Below are positions 1 to 13,652 of a stretch of 64,000 bases of DNA, piece by piece (the first letter of the stretch is position 1; each line of letters starts with the position of its first letter). The notes under the pieces are model-generated. The model saw nothing but the letters and a program-made list of their open reading frames with translations, did not search any database and had not been told where the DNA came from. A program made the translations under genes and the position numbers. This stretch comes from Podarcis vaucheri (Eukaryota). The stretch lies in assembly GCA_965113315.1 (NCBI GenBank), contig OZ220363.1. One strand, 5' to 3'.

Positions 1-188
1 CCCTCAGTTCCTTGGTTAATACAACAGGAATAAGAGGGATTTGCCACACAGGGTAGTTTTGAGGGGCAAATAAAATGAAGTTAAATTGCAGCACTCAGGA
101 AAGGGTTATTTTATAAAATTAAACTTTTATTACTACTGTCTAGTAGTGATTATGCAATTTAATATAATTTTTAGGCTGCATGTGCCTG

Positions 189-953
189 TGTTACTGAAGG
201 GGTGAAGGTCAGGATGACCAATGGAGAGCCAGGCTAAGGACCTCTAAAGCCATTTAAGAACCTCTGACACCATTTTAGAGAGCAAACTAGAAGCTAAAAG
301 CATAAAGTCATTTTAGAAAGCTAAAGACTATTTCTCTTTCTCATGTTTGTCACTTTGCCACCTTTTGCAGAGGCAGCAAGCATGCAAGCTTGTGGGTGCA
401 GCTAGCTTGCCCCTGCAGGAAGTTTGCCAGTTGAGGTTAAGCCATTTCTGAGAAACGACCCCTGACAAAGGCAAGTAGCAGGATGTTTGCTGACCGCCAG
501 GGTCCAGATAGAACTCTTAGGTGTGAAGTTGCTAAACCACAAGTACATTTCTTGGAAGCAGGGGGTTCAGGGGCACTTCCTGGAACTAGTACAGAGGTTA
601 AGTAGATTATAATCCAGTAGCGCCACCTAGTGGAATAGGCAACTTGGAACCGAAAGGACACACCAATTTATTAATTGGTTGAGCTTTAATGAATATGCAT
701 CAATGACCATAGGAAATTGTCAATCATTGGCTAAAGGGATGCCAAGGGGCTGAACTGTGCTTTGCAAAAAGGGTATATGAGTTAGCTGCCCCTAAGGAGG
801 GGTGGGCATTCTTCATTTTCCTGAATGCACCCTATTTGCTTTTTGTCTGACAAAAATCCAAATAAAAAAACTTTTTCTTTAAGAAACTTTGCTGCCTGAT
901 TTTTACATTCCTGGTCTGTATTTCTGAAGTCCCTTTCATTTCAACCCTTAACA
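189..953 (+). mobile_element. Probable solo LTR of an endogenous retrovirus/LTR element
   Basis: TGTTA...TAACA termini, TATA-like GTATAT near 773, AATAAA at 861-866; TSD not convincing. Confidence 0.45.
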
Positions 954-2199
954 CTTTATACATTACCTCTCTCTACTGCTGATGAGCTGGAGTGTCTTAC
1001 AGCACTGTTTGTATATCATTGTTTGTGATACTCCACTCAAACGATCTCGTTTGGGGAATAGTGTGTCCTAAGTGCAATTGTGTGCAAATGTGGAAAAGTG
1101 GATGAAATAGACAGATTTATGACTGCAATGCTAAGCATGCATAATTGGGAAGATAATGCATTGAAATTAATTGTACATATCTGAAAAGGGATGATTAGTA
1201 CTGGACTACATGACTCCATAAAAGGTTGCCTGTCCAGATATTGCTGAAACATTGGTTTTATTTTTTCAGTTATAGTCTATATGTTGGTAGGATATCCGAT
1301 GAAATCAGAGTTGTTTTAAATTAACACCTCCAGGTATTTTCAGTAGTACATTAATTTAAATACCTGTTTCCCGGAAAAGCAATTTTAACAATGGCTTTTA
1401 ATATATATATAATAAAATCAAAGAGCAAATTGCATGAGTAACATCTGTCACATCTCAATTTTTGAACAGTTCGCACAATCGGGCATGTCTTTATTGCAAG
1501 ATTGTATACTCAGGTACCAAACCACATGGTGAAACTAGTGTGAGCAGTTATATGGAGACATCCTCAGTCATCTGACATGCACTTTGTTTTGCTCCTGAGC
1601 TTTGAGAAGCAAACAACACCTCAAGTTGTCCTTGTGCACTTAGTGCTTCAGGCAAGCCTTTGGTGGTAATTACATTAGTAATTCAGTTTAATTGAGTTGT
1701 GTAGATGGCTCTTAGCAGAGCTTCATGATGGTAAAATATTTGAAACTACCTATGCCACATTATAATCTAAGAGCCCTATAGAGCTTCCTTGGTAGTGATT
1801 ACAAGCTCGCTACATGGGAAGAAAATTATATCTCCCCTCCCTCATGTGCTAGTCTCCCAAAGCATATTGTTTTGCTCTAATCAAGCCTGAAGTGGTTCCA
1901 GTAAATGATACAATATCCTGTCAAGATTAATAGCGGCGCAATGCAAATGATGCTTAAATGGCTTTCTGGTATTCTCTGGGCCAGAAGAGTTTGCCATCTT
2001 TTGAAGCAAAATAATATGGTGAGGAGGAAGAGGAAAGGAGCTACTTTCTGTAGGGAGTTCATTATACTTCCATTTTTTTTTTTACTTTTAGGTAATCAAT
2101 AGTGACTTGTTTTTCCTTCAATAACAAGTTCCAAAAATGAGAAGGGGGAAAATTGAATGGACAGAATTCAGCACAGAATCTGGAAATAACAGAAGAGGT

Positions 2200-2470
2200 T
2201 CTGTTATGGATCAGGAATTGTTTTAAGTAGCAGTATTAAAAGTTTTGGAAATAAATTGATCTCTAACTATAAGGATGTGGAAAGTAGAGCTCCCCAAGGA
2301 TTAGTATTGGGATCTTTGCTTTGGTAATAATAGGCTTATAAACAATATAGAGTTAGTAGGGGTGAGCAGTGTGGTGACTAACTTCTCGAGGGCATTTGTA
2401 TGGGCTCTGTGGAAAACAGGATTCTGGACTGGAAAGGCCTTTGGTGTAATCCAGCAGGACTCTTCCTAAG
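2200..2470 (+). mobile_element. Degraded CR1-type LINE fragment
   Basis: Near 2280-2320 resembles DNA encoding the CR1 RT motif SGVPQGSVLGP; bounds approximate. Confidence 0.5.
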
Positions 2471-2727
2471 CTCCCCCCCCCCAGTCATCTACTACATTCC
2501 AAAATGGTAATGTTTTACTTCATGTTACCCGATATTCCTCTGCTATAAATTGAATTGAAACAATTTCTACACAGGAAAATAATAATAGCCTAGGGTGCCA
2601 TAGGTTGAAACTAAAAGGAAAAAGTTCTCAGTGAATATTCTTGATGAGGTGAGTGAATGTTTTTGGTAACTGAAGTGATAAATCTGATTATGCCTTGAAG
2701 CATAATTACTAACTTGGAAGTCTTTTG

Positions 2728-2973
2728 CAGAGCCATAGCTAGGTGATTTTGCGCCCTGGCAGAACCCTTCTGATTGTGCCCCTTAGCCATCGACAAGTTA
2801 GCTCTTCCGCCTCTCCTCCACACACCCCTCTACCCATTCAAGTCACCCTCTATTTAAAACCATTTCTTAAGAGGCAATAATCAATATTTATATTTATGGA
2901 CATATTTTTGCGCCCCCCAAACACCTTCACCCCTGGCAGGGGCCGACCTCGCCACGCCCTAGCTATGGCCCTG
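2728..2973. mobile_element. Non-autonomous hAT-type DNA transposon
   Basis: TIR CAG(A/G)GCCATAGCTAGG; imperfect 8-bp TSD gtcttttg/gtctttga. Confidence 0.7.
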
Positions 2974-4877
2974 GTCTTTGACATCTTAATGACTCTTGCA
3001 GCTTCTTTTTAAAAAATAAAAAATAAGCCAGTTGGATTAAGTATTAAGTTCTGTGTTAATGTTTTTCTAATTCTTTGATGAAAATAATTTCAAAATGCAG
3101 AAAATGAACTCAAAAAGGTTCCCATTATCTCTCATGGGTGTGTTTTACTTCAAAAGAAGTAGGAGATTGTTTTATGTGGCACTTAAAGAGTTTGAGCGGT
3201 GTTGCTCAGCATGGAGGCAAAGGAGCCGTGTTCCTTGTTGTTGACCTCAGGGCATTGCCTCCTGTAATGTAATCTAGATGTCATTTTCGAGGCCTGCATG
3301 TTTCATTATAAACTAGACAAGGAAACACGAATCCTCATGTTTTCCTTATATTAAATGAGCATCATAACCAATTAGCTCAGTCAAAGGCACCAGAATTGTG
3401 CTTTCAGATTGAAGGCTTGCTGCTGTCACCACCACTCACTGAATATAATCGTTACACCAGCTGAGAAAATCGGGAGAACTTAATTAATATAGCATTGCAG
3501 CACAGTTGGCTGTAAGCGAACAACATGGCCACAAGGGCTCCAGTGTGTCTGGATGTCCATAAAAACACCCTTCGATTCAGAGATACAGGATGTAGAACAT
3601 AGCAACTTTTGTTGCTTTGAAGCTTTCAGGAAGAATGCTGATTTTGTACCATTGGTTAAAAGAGAAAGTGGGTCAGAATATCTCTACTGTGAATATGAAA
3701 TAATACCCAATTTGGGCTTTCTCTGCTTTTGGAAGGCTTTCCATTGTTCTTTAAAAAGGGCATGAGATGCTGCACATTAATATGCAACTCTTAAGTCTCC
3801 ATCGGTCTTTACTCCTATCGTATAATTCTGGCCATTCCCTATCCAGGAAACTGAACAAAGCATATGGCCAATGCATCAAGCACAATCTAACCCCATTGAG
3901 GCTGTAGCCCTATGTACACCTGTCATTAGGAAGCAAATTAAATTCAGTTTAGTTGGAATTATTCCCGAGTAAAAATTCTTAGAATTGTATTTTAAGTCCA
4001 CAATTCTCTGTCCTCTTAAGACTGTTAAAAACTATAGAATGGAGTTTCCATCTTGTCTTCTTCTAACCTAAAGCATTTCACTCACTCTAAAAGTTTGCAC
4101 ACCACTGAGATTTTTTCTGTTCATTAATGAAGTGGATATTGCTTATAAATTCTCTGTGAACATGTAGTCAGCGCTAGGTGGATGGTTGCTGCAGTATGAA
4201 ACAGAGTATAAAAAACATTTTCTTGTGAGTCCCCTACCTTCAGTTTTGAATGCATTTGACACTCTCCCATGGATCAGAAAAAAACCTGAAACATTATTGA
4301 ATCCAGAAGGCAGGACTGGACAAAGACATTTTGCCACCTGAGGCAAAACAGAAAATGCTGCTGCTGCTTCCCTAGCACTTTTTTTGCTGTTGCTGTGCAC
4401 GGTTCTGCCTCTTCCAGGCCTTCCTTCTGCCAGTGCTAGCTTCCTCCTCGTCACTTGATGGCCGCAGTGGCTGTGAAAAGGCATTTCCCCTTTTAGCTTT
4501 TCAGCAGCCACAAGGGAGGCGAGTTGCACTCCCTCCCTCACACCACTGCCGCCTGAAGCAACTGGAGGTGGACCAGGGAAACCCCGATGTGCAGAACGTG
4601 AGGTTAAACATAGGAGATAGGAGAGCAGCAGGTGGCAGTGGCTGCACTCTTCACAGGTGGTGCAAGAAGTGCAGGGAAAATGAATGGCAAGGTCTTGCGG
4701 AATATCTCCTCTCTCACTGAGTTTCAGCGAAAGGGGTGGGGGGTGCCTCAGGCAGCAAAACATTCTGCCTTTAACAGCAGGGGAACAGCAAACTGAATCT
4801 GTTAATCTTCACACTGGACTGCAGCCTTTAAGGACAGTGTAGAGAGCTAGAGAGGACAGTGCTTCCCTGCTCTACAG

Positions 4878-5153
4878 CAGGGGTCAGCAACCTAAGGCCC
4901 ATGGGCCACAAGCAGCCCACGGAGTCATTTAACTGGCCCACGAGCCACCCCTGAACCGAGGCGCCTGCTTGGCAAGTCCCCGCACGCTGCACTAAACCAG
5001 CACAGCGCAGTGCAGGGACTCACTTCCATGACCCCGAAAATCGCGTCTGTGCAGACGCTGGAAAATGCAGGTGCACGCACTCATGATTCAGCCCACGGAG
5101 GGATCTCCGCTGGAGTAAACCGGCGCAGGCGAGGTAAACCTTGCTGACCCCTG
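4878..5153. mobile_element. hAT MITE
   Basis: TIR CAGGGGTCAGCAA; perfect 8-bp TSD CTCTACAG at 4870-4877 and 5154-5161. Confidence 0.9.
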
Positions 5154-5831
5154 CTCTACAGAGTGTCTTTCCCTATGTTGCAGGGCTCAGCAATACTTTA
5201 TAGTTGTTTAAAATAGGTTTCACCAAAGGCTTTTACATTTGACCTGAAGAGCATTAAGTAGAATGAATCAGCCGAATCACATTCCACCATTAAAATGAGA
5301 AATGCAGGGTAGGGAGATTGTAGGTTCTATGGCTTATGTTTAGAAAACAGCTCAAGATATTGGTTTGAAGCTTAGTAGCATAGGAGAGGAAGGTTTGAGG
5401 ATGGTCTGTACTGAATTTGGTGTATATACTGAATTTACTGAAATGATAAATTTCTTACTTTGAATGAAATAGGATTGAACTGATGGTATAAAAACCCCAA
5501 TCATTAATCATTTATTATTTCAGTTTTATAACCTGCCCTTCTTCTGCAAAGGGGGCCCAGGATGGCTCGAGAAAAAAATGGCATAAAAACAATGGTAAAA
5601 CAACACTGCAATGTAATGATAAAGAAGATTTAGCTATTGCTTTGCACTTTGCAACTGAGTAGAAGAAACATCCGTACAAAGCCCAAAAGCATCCTGAGAG
5701 ACTACAGCTGGGCCCCATCCTTTTTGGTATCCCAAACAACAGAATCATAGCCCTGTGTGGTGTGACTTAAGGGATGTCAATGCCCAGTGAATGAAATCGG
5801 TAGATGTCAAAGTTGAAACATGCTTAAATTT

Positions 5832-5837
5832 TTTATT
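5832..5837 (-). terminator. Candidate polyadenylation signal AATAAA (alternative at 6044-6049)
   Basis: tttatt on plus strand about 480 nt past the stop codon; motif only. Confidence 0.55.
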
Positions 5838-6312
5838 AATCTTAAGAAAAAAGAGTAAAAAGGAAAGCAGCTTTATCTTTGTCAAAAGCACATGCCTGCT
5901 GACACTATACAAAACACTCCTTCTGTAGCAAAGGTTGCTCAGTAATTTAAAAGATAGTTGCCAAAAATAAACAGCATTGCACAGAAAATTTGAAGCAGAA
6001 GTTTAGTTTTCTACAGTACAATGTTATACATTTCTATCATCATTTTATTATATTTATAGGGATCCTTGGAAACTTTTCTAAATGCACTTGTTTTTGTAAA
6101 TAGTTAGCCAAAATGACCAAAAATGATCATGCAGGAAATAGAACATTAATTTGGTTAGGCAGCTGACCAAAGAAAAAAAGGTACTATTGACCTTTTCAGG
6201 GACATAGTGAGAGACATGAAGTAGATGGTGACTGGTTTTAGCTGCTTTGGAACATGTTGGGTTCTTTTTCCTGTGACGAATGCAAATTCACTACTTTTTC
6301 CTCTTCCTGTAG

Positions 6313-6487
6313 CTAAATTTTGGATTGTGGAATGCACGCAGTCATGCACTGACACTCGTCCACGTAGATGTAGTCATAGTCAATGATTTTGCCATCCTGG
6401 CATGTCAAGGTCACCTTTCTCCTATGGCTCTTGAGCTCCTGGCAGCAGGTACACTCACGTTGCATTGCATTTGCCTCACTGGAATAC
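6313..6487 (-). CDS. MUC5B: mucin last coding exon, cystine knot C-half ([17 protein letters not shown]...ACIPQSKI*)
   Basis: CAG acceptor, TAG stop at 6313-6315; CK domain totals 11 Cys as in VWF/mucin CK. Confidence 0.93.
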
Positions 6488-9400
6488 CTGTCCAAGTGAA
6501 ATAGATTAGATTAGAAGTTTTCCTGAAAATGTGACTCTGCCACATTTAGCAGTCTAGGCTCACTGTTAGATCTCACTATTCCCAGCTTAGATTTACCAAA
6601 TCCCAATGTTTGGCTTTAAGAGCAGGAGGTTTTTGCCTATCAAAACAGGCTTAGGTGAAGTGCTGATTTTAAAGAAATGTATTTGCTTTCAAAGCTTCTA
6701 TTTATAGTTTTGGTTTCATGAGCAATTTGGTCCTCAACATGCTCCCAAATCAAGGGGGGAACCAAAGCAACATGAGGAGTAGAGGAATGGGGATGCAAAA
6801 GGCTACGTCTACATAAAACACTTCCCTTTTACATGACTCAAGTTTTACTTCCAAACCAGAATATGGGAAGGGAAACAGATCTTCTAATATTCCTGTTGGA
6901 ACACACCAATGTTCCTACACATAGATTGAAGAATCTGTGCACAGATCAGGATTCTCTAGTTCTGCCATATGGATAGATGGAAAACCAGGGTACCAAGTAC
7001 ATGGAAACAATTTATTTTGTGAGTTTGGGTGTTCGAAATTACTGCACCTGAATGCTGCAGTGTCTAAATTGGAATAGTGATCCAACCCACTTACAATCTG
7101 TTGTTTAATAAGAATGATTAAAATACTGTTGTATATTCATTTTGCTTCTAATATTTTGAATAAAGCACACTAAAATTAGTACAGTTTCTCCCAAATGTAA
7201 AAATAATAAAGAATACAACAACATTTCTTCTGTATATAGTTGTGTAAAGTGTAGAATCAGGATGACAGTGTTTTATTCAGTGATTGGCAGTTAATACACA
7301 CACAGTAAATGACCACACGTACAACACTTCATGTTCCAGCTCTGGTGAAGATTACTTCCGAATCTGGGACTAAATCAAATTCAGCATCCTGTTGTGCAAT
7401 GGACTTTCACTTGTGCAAATGGGGCTTCCCATTCCTCTGCTGCCCACTCCAGTCTCCTGTGCACCCCTAAAGTCTGTTCCAGAGGGCTTGGGGGGGGGGG
7501 CTAAAGAACAAATTTGAGGGGGCACAGGGAGGAGGAGAGGAAGGGGAAGTCCTGTTGCATCCACTGCTGTGACACTGGATTTCTCCCCCTGGTTTTTTAT
7601 ATTAGGGACACAATGCAATTTTGAGAGCCCAAGCAGCAAGCTGAAGGGAAGTAATGGCACTGATAGATGTTACGTACACACCATACATTTAAAGCAAATT
7701 TTCATCCCAAAAAACAATCCTGGGGTTGGTTTATATTCCCCTCCCAGAGCTACTATTTCCAGCACCCTTAACAAACTAGGGTTCTGGGTACATTGTCATA
7801 ATGACAGAATGTAATCAGCATACTGGTGTATTCACATACAAGAGCTGAGAGTGCTCCTGCTTCAAAATGCATATGATGTTCACTGTGAGGACCTTTGTAA
7901 TTTTCTGCTTGGTACGACTTGAATATCCCAAAATGACGTGGATAAATGGATAGGACTTTTTTGTCACTTACTTTGAAGAGCTTGGACAAGCCCCTTCGCA
8001 GTAGGTCAGTTCCACAACTTCAGAAGATATGCATTCACTCTGACGTATAAGAGTTTGGTTCTTGTGAACCTTGCAGTCATTTGCTGAAAGAAAAAGAGAT
8101 GTGTGTGGGGGGGAATCAATAAATATCATGTCATAATGTTCACTGGTGTGGATTTGTACCTCTGGCTACAGATGAGCTACAGAACAAAAGAGGCATATAG
8201 ACATATGGCATCAAAGAGTAGGCTTAATTTAGGTCTTTAGTAATAGATAGCATTCTGCTAAATGCTATTTATAGACAGTTTCTTGTAGGTAGGTCTGTTT
8301 TTCAAAGCAACCATAGTTTGCTACTTGCCTGCTGTACTGCTTCCCTCAGGCATCTGATTGGCTACTGTGAGAAAAGGCTGTGGGACTAGATAGGCCATAA
8401 GCTTGATCCAACAGACTCATCTTATGTTCTTATGAAGACTCAGTGCAAAACAAGACTTTCAGCAAAAATAAGTAGGACAAACTACAGCTGCAGGTTTCAG
8501 AAGAGGTTTATCTCCATCTCAAACAATATATGAAGGTTAGATAACAGGAGATGGTTCTTAATCGAAATAGAGTTAACCTGGACCTAGGCACAGTATTGTT
8601 CAGTCATTTGTTGTAAAATGCCCTAGTAATCAACAAGGTAAGCAAAAACTTCACTTACTTTTAGGTTTACATGTTTGACAACAGCCATCAGGAGTCAGTT
8701 CAAGTTCATGCTATAGAACAGGAAAAGAAGGTTGTTGTTGTTGTTGTTTTAAAAAACAAAACACTACTGCTGCATGCAAAAGTGGGAACTTTCTAGTACT
8801 GGATTTGCACTGTGCCCTTACAGACCCCCCAAGTGTCCCTATATCCATTGTCCAGGATAAGTCTGAGTATTGTTTATTATTTTGAAGTAAAGTATTGTTT
8901 ATTATTTTAAAACTGGTGACAGTGATTGCACATGATATCTTACTCAAAAACGTCTTGAGAACTTATTGTCTGAGCTTTAACATAATTAGAGCAGAAATGA
9001 TTATAAATTAAGAATGGGAAAAAGAAAACTTACAGATTCACACTCCTCTGGATGAATGATGGGACATTTCCTTTTAGATTGGACCAGAATGAATGTATCA
9101 TTCATTTGCTCACATTCGTAGTAGCTGCAGTTATTTCCTCCTGGTGGCCAAATATCACCAGGCTGTTGTCATGAATAAAACACAGCATTATTCGTTTTGT
9201 TTTCAAGTTTTAGCATACCAAATATACTCTAAAATTAGCTAGATTGCCACTGCCCACAATCACATCTCATTGGTTCAGGACATGTCACAATTTATTCTAA
9301 CCCTCATTTTCCATAGCAACTCTGTAGTTATAATCCTAAACACGCTTGTTGGAAATTGCTATTTTTTTCTTAGACGCAGGTAAGTGGGCTTTGGCTTTGC

Positions 9401-12400
9401 ATGTGAGATATATTGCATGTGAGATATATTGCCACATTACCAAGACGACATTTGAACTTGCATCACCTGACATCCAAATCCAATACATCCTAAATATATT
9501 TGAATGATGAGAAATAATCAGAACTTAGAGCAGTCAAGGCTGCTTTTAAATGCTACTAAATCAATTCAAAACGTGACATTAATGGTAATGAACAATTCTA
9601 CCTTGTCCTACTGATTCTAATATTAACTGGGGTAGGGAACCCGCAGTCATTCATATGTTGCTGAACTACAATTCTGATCATCGCTGACCACTGAGGTTGA
9701 CGAGAGTTAGAATCCAACAACATTTGAAGGGCCACAAGTTCCCCACGCCTGATTTAAGCACTAACTCAGGTAGTCTGGCAACTTGGATCTCACTGGACCC
9801 AGCTTGACCTCAGTGCTTGATAAACACAAGGCAATTCCATAATCAGGTTTAACTAGCTAGCTTTTTATTTTGTGATTGGGCACCACCTATTTAGGGAGCA
9901 ACAGATTATTTGCAGGATCAGATTCTTCACCTCCTGCAAGTGACTCCCATTATTTTGGGTGCTAGTTTCTGTGTTTCCTTGTTTGATGTCTCACAGCTCA
10001 CTAGATCCTTAATCCACAGAACTTTCACATGCTTTCCTTTTGACCTTCTAGCTAAGTCGTAGATGAGTTCTCAAATATCAGGTAGACAGTTGCTTCCATG
10101 AGAGCCATGCTTACAGATACTGAATGACCATTCAAATCCCCACAGAACTGCCTGTTCAGCTTAGCCTGTTCACATTTCAGTCATTTACTTGGACCCCTCA
10201 GTGTTTATTTGTGTATGCACTGTAGACTTTGGTTCTCTAAATTCATGTGTCCCAATTTGAAAAGGCGGCCAAGAATGAGCAAAAAATATGCTTGAGAACG
10301 CCTACAATCATCATTGTCAGTTGGGTAAAGAAAGTAGAAGAGTGAGAATACATAATTACCTGTAGTATCTCAGTGGTTTCATTCATGTTGATTATGCATG
10401 CGTTCTGGACACACTTTCCACAACACTCCCCAGCTTCTACCTGGTACTCGTAACCCTGTTTGGCAGACAGGAAAAGTTAACCATGCATGATACGTGTGGA
10501 AGAGGCAGCCACCTGCAATGATTAAGGCTGCAATCCCAACCCCACTTACCTTGGGAAAAGACCCACTGAATTCAATAGCACTTACTTGTGTACAGACATA
10601 AGTTAGGATTGTTCTGCTGGGAAAGAAGCAGTAATAGGGGAAATAAAGATTTGTGCTTACCTCTTGGCAATCCTTATCACATGTAACTGGTTGACATTTT
10701 ACAAGATTTGTATTGGAGTCTGGGTCCTTTTCAGAGCTGCAGACACATGTTTCACAAGGCTTGCTAGGAACAGGCATTTCAGCCTGGGAAAAGTGAAAAA
10801 ATAGCAGTTGTATTTATAAACAGAGTGTATAAAGCAACTTTCTGAACCAAATATCAAATTCTTTTTAAAGATATCTAACATACAAAATGTTTTCAACTCT
10901 TGCTTTTATTTCACTTTATAAGAACTCCATTTATATTCTAAATAAGCAATCAGGGAACAGAAAAACGATGAATGATAGTAACTTATCAATGGCCACCAAG
11001 TGGATTCAGAAATGAGCAAATATTTGAAGCCACGTTTCTAAGAATCCAAGATACTTCTGTGGAAACATCCTTGATTTTTAAACTGAGTATTAATTCCTGT
11101 TTTATATTGCAACTGTGTTTGCCATGGTTACACCAATATTATATTTGCATTTTCCTAAGTAAACATGTAAAGTGTAAGAAGAAATATATGTCTAATAGGG
11201 TTGCCAGCTTCTTAACCAACCTCAGCTGCTGTGTTTAACAGCCATGTGATCTAGAGAGATAAGAAGGTATAATGTTCATTTCCATGCTGTGAAAAGTTTC
11301 AGCTGTTAATTTTCTAAAGTCAAGCTGCTGTTAATTTTAGAAAGTCAAGCTGCTGCACCAGAGCAGGTCAGGTGTTTTTCTAGCTATTTGGCAAACCTAA
11401 CCTAAACTTGCAGTGGCCATTCCTTGGCATGCATCCTTGAGTATTTTGTAATGTGGTTCTGACTTTCACATATGAGATGTGAGATGTTTACTGTGGGAAA
11501 TGTTAATATAGTCACAATGCAACCCAAGAAAAATATGATTGTGAAGCAGCACACTCATATCATGATTCATGATATATTGCGAGGTCAAAAATTATGAAAC
11601 AATATCACAATATGGATTTCAAGCCAGTTTTGAATGATATATATTGCCCAGCCGTACCCAGGATCCACATGACATTGTCATCAACATATCAACCCGTATT
11701 CCCCCCATCTTTAATTCAGATTTACTTTTTCCAGAGAAACTCTGCTAGGTTAAAAAAATGTTGCCAATTACCCATTTGCAATATCTCAACAACCCATTTC
11801 TAATATTAAGCTCCTGTCTAAATGCATCCCCAAACTACCCATTATTAGAAGGCAGAAAACAGTGGCTTGAGTTGCCTCAATGAATTGCTTTTCATCTGGC
11901 AGAAGTATCTGCCCATTGTCAAACATTTTCCATAGTTAATGAAGCAGGTGTCCTTTCGAAATGGCCATTTAAAAACTTCCCTGTCCGGACACTTAAGTAT
12001 AGGTGGTTTAAATAATTTAGAATGATTTGCACTTTTACTCAAAAAATGCTTGCTTGGGAAGTCCCCCCTCCCCCCCCCCAGCAGTATTCTAATATGGCCT
12101 CAAGTTCAAATTCATAACTTTAAAGTTTACATTTTATTTTGCACCTTCCCCAACCTACTAGAGTGCTCAAAGCGGCTTACGAAGGAACATTTTAAACGGT
12201 CAGAATCATAAAAAAGCCAATAAAACGACACAGTAAGTTGATTTGTTTGGCCCCCTAGTGCCCAAAAGTTGAAATGGTTTCTTGAGGGGAAAATTGGAAC
12301 TGAGCACCTTTTGAGGCCTGTGTTCTGGAGAGCAGTTCCAAGATGTCACAGGCCAAAAACGGCAAAACCCCCAAATAAAACCGGTTATTGTTCATCTCAC

Positions 12401-13614
12401 TGGCACATATACATTATGCTGGTGATGAAGGCCTACTGGATACATCAGTCTCCCTGAGCGCTGCAAACTTTGTAAACAGCAGTGTGACTGGGATGATGCA
12501 GCCAACTCAACAGCACAGCAGTCAGTGAAGATTTGCACATGCAAATCATTGCATAGTTTAGGCAGGGAGGTGCAAGTCGTGGCCCTCTAGGTATTGGGCT
12601 CCAAATTCCACCAGCCCCAGTCAGCATGCCCAATGGCCAGCGAGGGTGACAGGCAAGGATTTTTTTCAGCTGCAACTTGCCGGAACTCCGTTCTAGCACC
12701 TCTCAGGTGGGTGCCATTGCCATTTTCCTCCTCTGGAACACCCTCCTCAGGAAAGCTCACCTAGCACTGACTTCAATGTCTTTTTGGTATGAAGCCAAAA
12801 TAACCTTCTTTTATCTCCCCAGAACCTTATGGTGTTTTATATTATGTGGTTTTAACATCCGTTCTTATTGTTGTCTGGTGGTTCTGCCATTTCACGTTTC
12901 TTTTTGGTTGTTTTTAGCTACTCTTGAGAACCTTCACAATTGAAAGGTATAATAAATATGTCTGAAAATCAGTATATTAAAAAAAGCATGCTCAAACAGC
13001 ATTGCTTTGACTTGACAGGTACCCCTTGAAATTAATTTCTACTGCTGCTGCTACAGTCTCTGCCTACGACTGAAAAGGGAACAATAGAAAAGAAGGATTT
13101 TAATCTGTGTACATAGTATATATAGACATAAAACTCGCATTCTTACCCTGTAAACTGTTCCATTGACAAGACAGACATCTGGGATTGGTACTGAAAACAG
13201 AAACAGACAATTACTTTAAAATATGGTGGGGAAATTATGTTTATAAGGTCCATTCCTGGATCCTCATCCCCCTAAGCTTTCTTCATTTCACCTGCCTAAA
13301 TTAAGTGGGTGGGGGATCAATTTGATGTTGCTATTGTTTCACAGCTGGGAGGCAGATATCCTTGCTGATCTAGTGCAGATCAACTAGAGATCTACATCCA
13401 CCTTTTGCTGACTCCAGCTTTAAATATGGTAACTTATCTGACAAGGAAAATCTTTGAAAAAGATTGGGGGGCGGGGAGAGGAGCGTAAGGTGATACCTCA
13501 TTGCTCACTTGACTGTTGGATATAATCCTTTCTGTGCAAAAGTGAAAGGAGATACATGAACACTTTGCGTGTGTATTTATTTATTGCTTAAGGCAATGTA
13601 TATAGTCCCTCCCA

Positions 13615-13652
<38 letters not shown>

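Noticed and set aside
4143-4763. 206-aa minus-strand ORF downstream of the gene
   Set aside because: No recognisable domain; overlaps repeat-like sequence with inverted ends near 4330 and 4750.
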